Assembly (NCBI RefSeq): GCF_013315695.1 | Contig: NZ_CP054353.1 | From: Escherichia coli | GTDB lineage: Bacteria > Pseudomonadota > Gammaproteobacteria > Enterobacterales > Enterobacteriaceae | Reading direction: 5' to 3' (one strand) | DNA length: 64,000 bases | Shown here: piece by piece, positions 36,080-45,035 of the stretch | Numbering within the stretch: position 1 is the stretch's first letter | Layout of the letters: each line of letters opens with the position of its first letter | The notes under the pieces: model-generated | What the model saw: the letters and a program-made list of their open reading frames with translations, nothing else | The model's database searches: none | Told to the model about the DNA's origin: nothing | Program-made: the position numbers and the translations under genes

Positions 36080-38521
36080 TGACGATTCCTTGCCCGCCAA
36101 CGCCTCCACAATCACCATCGTCGCCCGTTCTCCCGCCTTGCCATCCATAAACGCATCGCAATAGTGATGACGAATCTTCGTAAGCCGCGCCTGCACCGCC
36201 CCCCAGTCAAACGCCTCTGACAACAAGTAACGCAACTCTGCCATATCATGAGCCACCGGCAATATTTCGCGGATTTGCTGATCGGCGCTCTCCGGCGTGG
36301 AGTAGCTTTTCTCGCCGTCGAGCAATTCACTCATGCCCGGAAAGTCGAGCAGGATCACCCGCTTATCAACGTGGATAGCATCGAAAATAAAGCCGCTGTT
36401 ATCGGTCAGCACGTAATCGGCCTTTGCCAGCAGCGCCAGCGTGTGACGGGCGGAGTCGGTGCGCTGTTTTAAATGCCTGCGAGCCAGGGCCAGCGATGCA
36501 GCTTCTTCCGGGCGCGAGCAGGTGCCGTGGTGCAGTTTGCAAATCAGGTTCACATCATCGCTTAAGCGCCCCAATTTTTCTGCCCAGTGGGGCAGGGAGC
36601 TTAATGCGCCAAACGTTGGGGCGTAGAGTACGGTGGGTTTACGCTCGTCCAGTTTGATATTTTCCGGCAACGCGCGGTCGAACGTGGCGTTATGCCAGGC
36701 GTCGAAGCGCGGGTTGCCGACCACTATTGCGTTGCTGAGGTGCGCCAGCGCCTGCTGGCTGTAGTGGCTGTAACACAAAATGCGCTGATAAAAACGGTTC
36801 CAGTCGGCGTGGTTCCACGTTTCTTTGGCTAAGCCGTACATGGCGCGAATGTTCAGGGGGGAAAGGCCACTGAGCGCAGGCGTGTGATAGGGGCTGACCA
36901 GGCATTTTACTCGCTGACCGTGTGCCTGCATTTCTGACAGACGCATACCTTTAAGCTGCGGATCGTCGATGTTTTTCAGTGTTTCCAGCATCTCATCCAG
37001 AAACGGTTTAAACACGCGGTCATTGATCACCAGTGTGCAGCTCTGCCCCTGCGCCTGCAGGGCGGTGATGATTGGGCGGTAGAGCGCGTAGTGGAATGAG
37101 GTTTCCATAAAAAAGCCGATGGTATCGGCGATAGGTAATGTAGATGGCTTGGTGGCTACGGGTAACTTATTGAAGTAGTGGTTAATGTTATCAGTCGCTT
37201 TTTTCTCGATATCACTAAAGCCCGGTCGCTGATAACAAAGGCTCGGGTAACAGGCCAGCCATTTGTCGGTGCGCAGCAGCGGCTGCCAGCCGTCTTCCAG
37301 CGAATGCTCATCGTTGTTCATCTGCTGCGCCAGCTGCGGGTAGTAGCGGCGGTTCACCAGATAAGCGCACACTTTGCGGCAGTCCCGCGCGTGCACCAGC
37401 CCAGGCAAACTTTTTAGCATCGTTCCCTGCGAAATTTCGCCGCCGAGGATCATCACCTGCCAGGGAATTTTCGCCAGGCTCGCCAGCAGCGCGTTCAGCA
37501 CCTGAATATGTTTCTCCTGTTTGAGAATAACCGCGTCATCTTCCAGCAGCAGGTAGTTTTGCCAGCCGCGTTGTTGCGCCAGACGCAGTGCCTGCAAGTG
37601 TGATTGCTGGCGGCCCCGTTGACCGTTTTCATTTTCACTGGCGGCAAGGCGGGTGATCTTCTCAGGAGGAATATGCAGCAATGTGAGTTCTTCACGGATC
37701 TGCTGTAAGCGATCCGGGCGTTTATCCAGATTCAGCAGAACGATCTGATCGATCGCCTGATGATGAGTGGCGTTATGCAGACTCAGATAAGCATTGCGGA
37801 GCAGCGGATCGCGGACGATATCCGTAAGCGTCGCGTTTACTGGCGTGCTGGCCCCGAGAATAAAGTCTTTATCAAAGGTGTTGTGGCTGTGCGAGATACA
37901 CAAAATCGTGCGCTCGCCGGGCAGTTGTAGCGGGTTAACGCTGAAATTGTCGGTGAAACTTTTCTCTTCGCCTAAATTGCAATCGTCATCGTAGCGGTGC
38001 TTTTTCAGGTAGTTACGGTGATAGCAAAAGGTGCCGTTGAGGATGTTATGCGGGCCGAAGCTGCGGCTTTGAAAGATGCGATTGATGTGGCTGTACCAGA
38101 TGGGGATCTGGTCGGAACCGGAGATGAGCGCCCGGTTTTTTTGCATCATAGCGATGGTGTAAGAGATTTTATCTGCCGGGTAGTAGTCGTCATCGTCCAT
38201 GCAGAGGATGTATTCGCCGCGCGCCAGTTCGTTGAGCATATTGCGTTTTTTGCCCAGCGGCAGTTTTTCCGGGTGATGGATGTAGCGGATGTTGAAGGCT
38301 TCCGGTGTGCCATTGGTCAGGCGGTCGATGATGTGTTGATGGCTTTGCGGGGAATCGTCGAGGATGATGAGTTCGCGGCGGTCTGCCGGGTAGTCCTGAT
38401 AGCGGTACATATAAAGCAGGTACGGCAGGAATGCGCTGCGGTTCCAGGTTGGCGTGACGACGCTGACGGACGGTTTTTCGCGCTGGGTGGCGAGTGTTTT
38501 GATAATGGTTGGTGTTGGCAT
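36065..38521 (-). CDS. Large multidomain glycosyltransferase: N-terminal GT2 domain, central GT25-like domain, C-terminal CDP-glycerol glycerophosphotransferase (TagB/TagF-like) domain
   Basis: GT2: VSVVTPTWNR...ILDDSP...CMDDDDYY; GT25-like: IVLLNLDKRPDRLQQI...YLLLEDDAVIL; TagF-like: VLYAPTFGALSS...VLTDNSGFIFDA; start set to ATG 38521 (MPTPTII), track start 38593 is GTG inside a repeat. Confidence 0.75.
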   Translation of the reverse strand: MPTPTIIKTLATQREKPSVSVVTPTWNRSAFLPYLLYMYRYQDYPADRRELIILDDSPQSHQHIIDRLTNGTPEAFNIRYIHHPEKLPLGKKRNMLNELARGEYILCMDDDDYYPADKISYTIAMMQKNRALISGSDQIPIWYSHINRIFQSRSFGPHNILNGTFCYHRNYLKKHRYDDDCNLGEEKSFTDNFSVNPLQLPGERTILCISHSHNTFDKDFILGASTPVNATLTDIVRDPLLRNAYLSLHNATHHQAIDQIVLLNLDKRPDRLQQIREELTLLHIPPEKITRLAASENENGQRGRQQSHLQALRLAQQRGWQNYLLLEDDAVILKQEKHIQVLNALLASLAKIPWQVMILGGEISQGTMLKSLPGLVHARDCRKVCAYLVNRRYYPQLAQQMNNDEHSLEDGWQPLLRTDKWLACYPSLCYQRPGFSDIEKKATDNINHYFNKLPVATKPSTLPIADTIGFFMETSFHYALYRPIITALQAQGQSCTLVINDRVFKPFLDEMLETLKNIDDPQLKGMRLSEMQAHGQRVKCLVSPYHTPALSGLSPLNIRAMYGLAKETWNHADWNRFYQRILCYSHYSQQALAHLSNAIVVGNPRFDAWHNATFDRALPENIKLDERKPTVLYAPTFGALSSLPHWAEKLGRLSDDVNLICKLHHGTCSRPEEAASLALARRHLKQRTDSARHTLALLAKADYVLTDNSGFIFDAIHVDKRVILLDFPGMSELLDGEKSYSTPESADQQIREILPVAHDMAELRYLLSEAFDWGAVQARLTKIRHHYCDAFMDGKAGERATMVIVEALAGKESSGICR

Positions 38522-38570
38522 GGTGTTTGGGTGAGTTAATGGGTGAATGTGATGAATGTGCGTGCTGATG

Positions 38571-38684
38571 CCCTCACCCCGACCCTCTCCCACAGGGAGA
38601 GGGAGAAAACCAGCGCCGATTTTAACACCGTGCTCGATCGGTTCCCTCGCCCCTTTGGGGAGAGGGTTAGGGGGAGGGGAAAAG
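38571..38684. repeat. GC-rich composite palindromic intergenic repeat (CCCTCTCCC/GGGAGAGGG and GGTGAGGG-type motifs)
   Basis: Perfect hairpin CCCTCTCCC-aca-GGGAGAGGG at 38583..38603 and CCCTCGCCCCTTTGGGGAGAGGGTTAGGGGGAGGGG at 38644..38679; related copy at 18402..18436. Confidence 0.6.
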
Positions 38685-38699
38685 CGCGCACAGAGCGAC

Positions 38700-39629
38700 T
38701 CACGTCAGCAGCGAAAATGCTGACAGCAGCGGCTCTGCCGCACATAACGACTGGAGCTGCTGGCGAATCGCCGCAGCATTTTCACTCTCTCGCCAGCGTT
38801 CAAACACCGCAAAAAGGGCGAAAATATCCTCCTTCCGCAGCGGTGAACCATCCAGCGTCCATAAACTGATTAACGTGCGGATGAGATAAAAATCACACAC
38901 CAGCGGGCAATAATCTGCTCCGTCTGCCTGCCCAATCACGTCGTGATAAACGCGGTAAATCAGCCAGTTGCGCATCATCCACGGCGCGGCGGCAAAATGC
39001 TGTTGCCAGGTGGTTTGCCACTGCACCTTAAGCTGCTGTTGCAACAAAGCTTCGCTGTTGGCGTCATGCAACGTCAGCAAAGTCACCTGCAACGGTAGCG
39101 AGGCTTTGCGCGGGCTTTCCGGCAAAATCGACCAGTCAAACGCAAAACTCCCGAGCAGCGTCACCAGTTGGCGCGCCAGTTGTGGCACGGGTGGGAGTTG
39201 GGCGAACTGTGCCTGTAGCGTGCCTTTTTGTGCATGATCCCCCAGCGCCTGTGGCAGCGTCGTCAAGCGGGCAAGAATATCTCCGTCTCTGCCCGGCATT
39301 TTACTGGCGCGGGAGAGCAAAATCCCGACGGCATACAGGGAAAGCTCCGGGGTTAAATCGGGGAGCGTAAGGGTGCTCAAAATGGCCTGGTTTACTATCG
39401 CATCGCGCGCGGATAGCTCGGCGGCATTGTCTTCCACAGGGCGGTAGGTGAGCTGTAAATCAAAGGCCCTGGCATCGTTGAGCACCGCTTTGCAACTTTC
39501 AATATCGGTCAATGCCAGGCTCTGGCGAATCTCATTCTTCCAGACCTTGCGGACGTACAAAGGCGAATCGGGATATTGCGTCATAAAATTGCGCACGTAT
39601 TCCGGTTCGTAACATTCAATAAAACTCAT
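38700..39629 (-). CDS. Hypothetical protein, Flag-2 internal, function unknown
   Basis: 309 aa from ATG 39629 (MSFIECYEPEYVRNF...); no motif I can recognise; track ORF starts at upstream TTG 39668. Confidence 0.6.
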   Translation of the reverse strand: MSFIECYEPEYVRNFMTQYPDSPLYVRKVWKNEIRQSLALTDIESCKAVLNDARAFDLQLTYRPVEDNAAELSARDAIVNQAILSTLTLPDLTPELSLYAVGILLSRASKMPGRDGDILARLTTLPQALGDHAQKGTLQAQFAQLPPVPQLARQLVTLLGSFAFDWSILPESPRKASLPLQVTLLTLHDANSEALLQQQLKVQWQTTWQQHFAAAPWMMRNWLIYRVYHDVIGQADGADYCPLVCDFYLIRTLISLWTLDGSPLRKEDIFALFAVFERWRESENAAAIRQQLQSLCAAEPLLSAFSLLT

Positions 39630-39756
39630 AGGTGGCTTCCAGTCTTTATTACTTTGCGGAATGTGCAATAAGCGTGCCGGGAATTTTTGTAATCAAAAAC
39701 AAGGGATTGAGAATCAGGCGGAAAATCCGTTTCCGCGATGGGGGAAGGAATTGTCG

Positions 39757-40185
39757 TTATTCCTGGTACAGAAAATCTGTTTCGCCGCCTAAAAAAAACT
39801 GAATAAATTCATACTGGCGAATCAACAGCTCGCCGTTTTTGTCGTTGTAGGCTTTGCAGCGTTCCGCTTTTTGCTCAAGGCGTTGCCACAACTGTTGTGC
39901 TGCTGCTTTTTGCACAGCCGGAAGCCAGGCAAAAACCTGCGCCAGACCGTCACGATTTACACTGACATTAAGCATTTTCAGCAGGCTGTGCCGCTGATGG
40001 CTATGCCCATGCAACTGTTCATAGTGCTGCGTTATCTCGTCGTTTACCGCCAGCAGATCTTCGCTGGCGCGGCGAATCATGCAGATCCGCTGACGCTGGA
40101 GAAGTTCGCGCAGGGAATCGTACAGTGCGTCGTCGTCACGAATGCCCTGCAACAACGCCTTCACCTGTTGTAACCGGATACTCAC
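39757..40185 (-). CDS. lfgN: Flag-2 export chaperone, FlgN homologue
   Basis: 142 aa; GTG start with SD AAGAGG overlapping the lfgM stop; position downstream of flgM homologue. Confidence 0.78.
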   Translation of the reverse strand: MSIRLQQVKALLQGIRDDDALYDSLRELLQRQRICMIRRASEDLLAVNDEITQHYEQLHGHSHQRHSLLKMLNVSVNRDGLAQVFAWLPAVQKAAAQQLWQRLEQKAERCKAYNDKNGELLIRQYEFIQFFLGGETDFLYQE

Positions 40186-40197
40186 TTCATCGGCCTC

Positions 40198-40476
40198 TTA
40201 GTTCTGGAAAAAACTCAGCATGTCGCTGGCTAACTGTTCGGTGTCCACTTGCAGGCTGCCGGACGCCAGCATCGCCTGCATTTGCGCCACTTTATCGCTG
40301 TCGATATCGCTCTCTTGCTGGTCGTTCAGCGTTTGCTGGGCAGACTGCAATCCCGCCTGGGTAATGTCGTCTGCGCTCTGCGTAGTGGTGGTGGTCGCCG
40401 TGCTTTTGCGTGGCTGGCTGGAGCCAGCCGTTGTGGCTGTCGGGCGATTGCCTGGCATAGTCGGGGTGATTTTCAT
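40198..40476 (-). CDS. lfgM: Flag-2 anti-sigma-28 factor, FlgM homologue
   Basis: 92 aa; Thr/Ser-rich N-terminus and conserved C-terminal region. Confidence 0.8.
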   Translation of the reverse strand: MKITPTMPGNRPTATTAGSSQPRKSTATTTTTQSADDITQAGLQSAQQTLNDQQESDIDSDKVAQMQAMLASGSLQVDTEQLASDMLSFFQN

Positions 40477-40512
40477 CGCAACCTCGTCTCGGTATTTAGG
40501 TGGGTTACTCCA

Positions 40513-40542
40513 GTAAAGCGGTTAACAGGCGGCAAAACTTTA
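40513..40542 (-). promoter_or_regulatory. Candidate sigma-28 (LafS)-type promoter upstream of lfgM-lfgN
   Basis: Minus strand TAAAGTTT-N14-CGCTTTAC; -35 element is a perfect match to the FliA TAAAGTTT consensus; 37 nt upstream of lfgM ATG. Confidence 0.45.
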
Positions 40543-40556
40543 ATCGCCTGCGCAAA

Positions 40557-41294
40557 TTACTCCGCGCTTACCGTCGTCACCACGCCGCTTTCTGCCACCC
40601 TCGCGCTAATGACCCGCTGGCTGCTGGCGTTACGCACTTTCACCATCTCGCCCTTACGACCATTTTTCAGCGCCACGCCGGGCATCGAGGCGCTGAGCCC
40701 CGCGCTCTGGTAAACAATCATCACCGGTTGATCGCGCTCGACCAGCACCGGAGATATCAGTTCTTCTTTGGTGATTGGCCTGCCCGGTTGCAGCGCGTGT
40801 TTACTGCTGAAACCAATCGCGTCATTGGGTTCCATCAACACCTCCCGGTGCTGGGCACTGACGTTGTAAGGCTTCAACTCCACATCATTCGCCGTGAGCG
40901 GCGTATCGCGGGCAACCAGTGACTTTGCCATCACCACCGGCACCAGAACATCCGGGCGTACCGCGACGTTCATCTGCCAGCTTTGCGGGCAACTGACGGT
41001 GAAGTTCATCCGGTTGAGGGCGATTTCCGCAGGCGAAGTCAGCGTGACGCCGGGGGCCGTAGCGCAGGGCGTGGCGGTCGCAATCTGCGAGGGAATGTAG
41101 ACCTTAAAGGTGTAGCGATAGTCATGCCACTGCCGTTGTTGCGCCAGCGATTCAATCTGCTGGCTCGCGGCATTCAGCACCTGGGCGTTGACTTGTTCCC
41201 GCGCGCTGTGTTGCACGGGGTGGACGGCGGCGTAGCCCGGTAAGGTCAGCGCCAGGAGGAAATAAAACTTCCGCCTGCAAAATTGAAAACTCAT
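40557..41294 (-). CDS. lfgA: Flag-2 P-ring assembly chaperone, FlgA homologue
   Basis: ATG 41294 (MSFQFCRRKFYFLLALTLPGYAA...) with signal peptide; SD AAGGG. Confidence 0.83.
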   Translation of the reverse strand: MSFQFCRRKFYFLLALTLPGYAAVHPVQHSAREQVNAQVLNAASQQIESLAQQRQWHDYRYTFKVYIPSQIATATPCATAPGVTLTSPAEIALNRMNFTVSCPQSWQMNVAVRPDVLVPVVMAKSLVARDTPLTANDVELKPYNVSAQHREVLMEPNDAIGFSSKHALQPGRPITKEELISPVLVERDQPVMIVYQSAGLSASMPGVALKNGRKGEMVKVRNASSQRVISARVAESGVVTTVSAE

Positions 41295-41323
41295 AAACCC
41301 TTTCTCATCAGTCACTTAAAAAA

Positions 41324-41339
41324 TGGCACGGCAATTGCT
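41324..41339 (+). promoter_or_regulatory. Sigma-54 promoter upstream of lfgB operon
   Basis: TGGCACG-gcaa-TTGCT, exact match to -24/-12 consensus TGGCACG-N4-TTGCW; 37 nt upstream of lfgB ATG. Confidence 0.75.
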
Positions 41340-41375
41340 TAGCGTATGCGGATTGAAGCAGGAGTGACGCAGAGA

Positions 41376-41711
41376 ATGGGGATCAGTTTTCAACAAGCAT
41401 TGGGAGTGCATCCGCAGGCAGTGAAGTTACGTCTTGAGAGGACCGAGCTACTGACTGCGAATCTGGCGAACGTCGATACGCCAAATTTCAAGGCTAAAGA
41501 TATTGATTTTGCCAGGGAGATGCAACGGGCAAATAACGCGGCGGTGGATGTCCAGTACCGCGTGCCGATGCAGCCGTCAGAAGATGGCAACACCGTGGAA
41601 CTGAACAGCGAACAGGCACGGTTTTCACAAAATAGTATGGATTATCAAAGCTGTCTGACCTTTCTGAATCTGCAAATCAGCGGCATCAGAGAGGCCATTG
41701 AAGGGAAATAA
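41376..41711 (+). CDS. lfgB: Flag-2 proximal rod protein, FlgB homologue
   Basis: ATG 41376 preceded by SD AGGAG; conserved rod N-terminal motif. Confidence 0.88.
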   Translation: MGISFQQALGVHPQAVKLRLERTELLTANLANVDTPNFKAKDIDFAREMQRANNAAVDVQYRVPMQPSEDGNTVELNSEQARFSQNSMDYQSCLTFLNLQISGIREAIEGK

Positions 41712-41713
41712 GC

Positions 41714-42145
41714 ATGTCATTTACTGATATCTATCAGATTTCCGGCTCGGCGATGACGGCGCAAACGCTACGTCTGAATACCGTCGCCAGTAACCTGGCG
41801 AATGCTAATGCACCTGCCAGCAGCGAGGCGCAGGCGTATAAAGCGCGCAGCCCGGTGTTTGCGACGGTGTATCACCACAGCTTGCTGGTGGGTACACATC
41901 GTCATGCCATTGATGGTGCCAGCGTGCAGGTGCAGGACGTGCTGCAAACCGGCGGGGCGGTGAAACGCTATGAACCGCATTCGCCGCTGGCGGATGCTAA
42001 CGGGGATGTCTGGTATCCCGACGTCAACGTGGTGGAACAGATGGCGGACATGATGTCGGCCTCGCGCGATTTTGAAACCAATGTCGATGTGCTCAACAAC
42101 GTGAAAAGTATGCAGCAAAGCCTGCTGAAACTGGGAGAAGCCTGA
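41714..42145 (+). CDS. lfgC: Flag-2 proximal rod protein, FlgC homologue
   Basis: 143 aa. Confidence 0.9.
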   Translation: MSFTDIYQISGSAMTAQTLRLNTVASNLANANAPASSEAQAYKARSPVFATVYHHSLLVGTHRHAIDGASVQVQDVLQTGGAVKRYEPHSPLADANGDVWYPDVNVVEQMADMMSASRDFETNVDVLNNVKSMQQSLLKLGEA

Positions 42146-42858
42146 TGAATACCCTGGCGCTGAATGCGCAATCGCCGCAGCCGACCGCCACGGCGGAAAG
42201 CAACAACGTGGCGGCCAGCGACACGACAAGCAGCAGCGATAGCTCGCCCGTTGATACTTTCCTGACGCTGTTTGTCGCTGAGATCCAAAACCAGGACCCG
42301 ACCGACCCGACCGACGCCACCGAATATATCGACCAGCTTTCGTCAATGGCGCAGGTGGCGATGATGGAAGAGATGAGCGTGCAGGCGAATACCAACGCGG
42401 TGTTGATGAGCAACATTCAGGTGATGGCGCTCGGCAACCTGGTGGGCGACGACATTATGGTGCAGACCACCGCCTTGCAGGTGAGTGACCAGACCATTAA
42501 CGGTCGCGCCACGCTGGATGACGCCTGTACCACCGCCGATCTCCACTTTACCGATGCTGCGGGCGATGACTACACCGTCTCGCTGATCCCGGAAGGGAGT
42601 TCGTCGGTTGGGCCAGGCCAGGTCGATTTCTCGATTAATCCGGCGGATTACGGCATCCCGCCGGGCGATTACGACGTCTCGGTGGTGACCAACACCGGGG
42701 AAGAAGAGGTGCCGATTGAAGTCTCCGGCGAAGTGGAAGATGTACGCATCCCGCTCGACGGCAGCTCTCCGGTGCTCAACGTTGCAGGTGTGGGCGAAGT
42801 GCCGTTCACCATGATTAGCCAGTTTGGCGTACCCGATGCCGACAGTGATGTGGCGTGA
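42145..42858 (+). CDS. lfgD: Flag-2 hook capping/scaffold protein, FlgD homologue
   Basis: 237 aa. Confidence 0.85.
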   Translation: MNTLALNAQSPQPTATAESNNVAASDTTSSSDSSPVDTFLTLFVAEIQNQDPTDPTDATEYIDQLSSMAQVAMMEEMSVQANTNAVLMSNIQVMALGNLVGDDIMVQTTALQVSDQTINGRATLDDACTTADLHFTDAAGDDYTVSLIPEGSSSVGPGQVDFSINPADYGIPPGDYDVSVVTNTGEEEVPIEVSGEVEDVRIPLDGSSPVLNVAGVGEVPFTMISQFGVPDADSDVA

Positions 42859-42874
42859 TGTCTGGTGCCAAATT

Positions 42875-42971
42875 GCCTGATGCGCTTCGCTTATCAGGCC
42901 TACATGAAACTGCAATGTATTGAATCTGCATGGTTTTGTAGGCCGGACAAGGCGTTCACGCCGCATCCGGC
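42875..42971. repeat. REP/BIME element between lfgD and lfgE
   Basis: GCCTGATGCGCTTCGCTTATCAGGCCTAC ... GTAGGCCGGACAAGGCGTTCACGCCGCATCCGGC. Confidence 0.8.
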
Positions 42972-43017
42972 AAAACAACGGGCACGCAGTCAAAATTTGA
43001 ATTAACAGGACGAAACA

Positions 43018-44220
43018 ATGAGTTATGAAATTGCCGCAACGGGGTTGAATGCCGTTAACGAACAACTGGACGGGATCAGTAACAACATCGCCAACGCCGG
43101 AACGGTAGGCTATAAGTCGATGACCACCCAGTTTTCAGCCATGTATGCCGGAAGTCAGGCGATGGGCGTCAGCATGGCAGGCACCGCGCAAAGTATTTCG
43201 CGCGGCGGTTCGCTGGTATCCACCGGTAACGCGCTGGATCTGGCGATTAACGACGACGGCTTTTTTGTTACCTGCGACAGCGCGGGCAACATTTCTTATA
43301 CCCGCGCCGGATCGTTTGAAACCGACAAAAACGGCTATATCGTCAACGCCTCAGGCGCTTATTTGCAGGGCTATCCGGTCGATGACACGGGCACTCTGCA
43401 AACCGGTACAGTCACCGATATCCAGATCAAAACTGGCAATATTCCGGCGCAGGCCAGCAGCAGCCTGACCTTTACCGCCAACTTCGATGCCAGCGACGAC
43501 GCTATCGACCGCACTACCGTACCGTTCGACGCGACCAACAGCAGCTCGTATACCGACAGCTACACCACCACGGTGTACGACTCATTAGGTAACGAACACT
43601 CGGTATGCCAGTACTTCACCAAAACCAGCGACAACACCTGGGAAGTGCAGTACACCTTCGACGGTCAGCAGCAGACCGGCGTTCCGGCGACGACGTTAAC
43701 CTTCGACCCGAACACCGGAAAACTGACCTCGCCAACTACGCCGCAGACCATTGAGTTTCAGACCGACGCCGCCGCGCCCATCGATTTAACCGTCGATTAC
43801 TCCACCTGTACGCAATACGGTTCTGAATTTTCTGTCACCACCAACGCCGCCGACGGCTACGCCTCCGCGACTCAGAACGGTGTGCAGGTCGATGACGATG
43901 GCAAAGTTTACGCCACCTACAGCAACGGCGAGCGCATGTTGCAGGGCCAGGTGGTGCTGGCGACTTTCCCGAATGAAAACGGCCTGGAGGCAGTGAGCGG
44001 CACCGCGTGGGTACAAACCGGGGAATCCGGCACCCCGCTGATTGGCGTTCCCGGCTCCGGCACCTGCGGTACGCTGTCGTCCGGCGTGCTCGAAAGCTCT
44101 AACGTCGATATCACCAGCGAGTTAGTCAACCTGATGACCGCCCAGCGTAACTATCAGGCCAACACCAAAGTTATCGCTACCAGCACGCAGCTCGATGACG
44201 CGCTGTTCCAGGCAATGTAA
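43018..44220 (+). CDS. lfgE: Flag-2 hook protein, FlgE homologue
   Basis: 400 aa; conserved flagellar rod/hook N- and C-terminal helices. Confidence 0.9.
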   Translation: MSYEIAATGLNAVNEQLDGISNNIANAGTVGYKSMTTQFSAMYAGSQAMGVSMAGTAQSISRGGSLVSTGNALDLAINDDGFFVTCDSAGNISYTRAGSFETDKNGYIVNASGAYLQGYPVDDTGTLQTGTVTDIQIKTGNIPAQASSSLTFTANFDASDDAIDRTTVPFDATNSSSYTDSYTTTVYDSLGNEHSVCQYFTKTSDNTWEVQYTFDGQQQTGVPATTLTFDPNTGKLTSPTTPQTIEFQTDAAAPIDLTVDYSTCTQYGSEFSVTTNAADGYASATQNGVQVDDDGKVYATYSNGERMLQGQVVLATFPNENGLEAVSGTAWVQTGESGTPLIGVPGSGTCGTLSSGVLESSNVDITSELVNLMTAQRNYQANTKVIATSTQLDDALFQAM

Positions 44221-44957
44221 TGGATCGCCTGATTTATACCGCCCTGAGCGGGGCTTCTCAGACGTTGTACGAGCAGCAAATTAGCGCCAACAACCTGGCG
44301 AACGTCAACACCAACGGTTTTCGCGCCGATATGGCGATGGCGACCAACGACAAGGTGAAAGGCGGCGGCTTCGACACGCGCTATATGGCGCAGGAAGGGG
44401 CCAGCGGCGTGAACGACAGCACAGGTGTGGCGGAGAAAACAGAACGCCCGCTGGACGTGGCGATTCAGGGCGCGGGTTACATTGCGGTGCAGGATAAAAA
44501 CGGCAACGAAGTCTATACCCGCAACGGCAACATTCAGCAGGACGACCAGGGGCAACTGACCATCGACGGCAATCTGGTGCTGGGGGATAACGGGCCGATT
44601 ATTCTGCCGCCGAACGCCATCGCCTCGTTTGGCAGCGACGGCACGCTGTCGGTGACGCCCGATGACGGCGACGTGACCGCGACGATGGATATCGACCGCC
44701 TGAAGCTGGTGGATATTCCGGTCGCTAACCTGGCGAAAAATCCTGAAGGGATGCTGATAACTGCCGACGGCGTTCCGGCCCAGCGCGATGAAAACATCAA
44801 AGTCAGCGGCGGTTTTCTCGAAGGCAGCAACGTCTCGGCGGTGAGCGAAATGATGTCGTCCATCGCCATGAATCGCCAGTTTGAAGCGCAGATCAAGATG
44901 ATGAAAACCGCCGAAGATATCAGCGACGCGGGCAACCGCTTATTGCGCGGCTCGTAA
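44220..44957 (+). CDS. lfgF: Flag-2 rod protein, FlgF homologue
   Basis: 245 aa. Confidence 0.9.
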   Translation: MDRLIYTALSGASQTLYEQQISANNLANVNTNGFRADMAMATNDKVKGGGFDTRYMAQEGASGVNDSTGVAEKTERPLDVAIQGAGYIAVQDKNGNEVYTRNGNIQQDDQGQLTIDGNLVLGDNGPIILPPNAIASFGSDGTLSVTPDDGDVTATMDIDRLKLVDIPVANLAKNPEGMLITADGVPAQRDENIKVSGGFLEGSNVSAVSEMMSSIAMNRQFEAQIKMMKTAEDISDAGNRLLRGS

Positions 44958-44966
44958 CCGCACATC

Positions 44967-45001
44967 GTAGGCCGGATAAGGCGTTCACGCCGCATCCGGC
45001 A
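44967..45001. repeat. REP element between lfgF and lfgG
   Basis: GTAGGCCGGATAAGGCGTTCACGCCGCATCCGGCA. Confidence 0.8.
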
Positions 45002-45035
45002 ACTGCGGCCCAAAAATAACACGGAATTTACCACC

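Noticed and set aside
37997-38869. Plus-strand ORFs 37997..38539 and 38543..38869
   Set aside because: First is antisense to the glycosyltransferase; second is a translation of the GC-rich palindromic repeat
42859-42880. TGGTGCC-N4-TTGCC upstream of lfgE as a sigma-54 promoter
   Set aside because: GG to GC spacing is one base short and the -24 element is TGGTGC rather than TGGCAC; lfgE is probably co-transcribed with lfgBCD
42343-43065. 240-aa minus-strand ORF overlapping lfgD and the lfgE start
   Set aside because: Antisense to FlgD homologue and crosses a REP element
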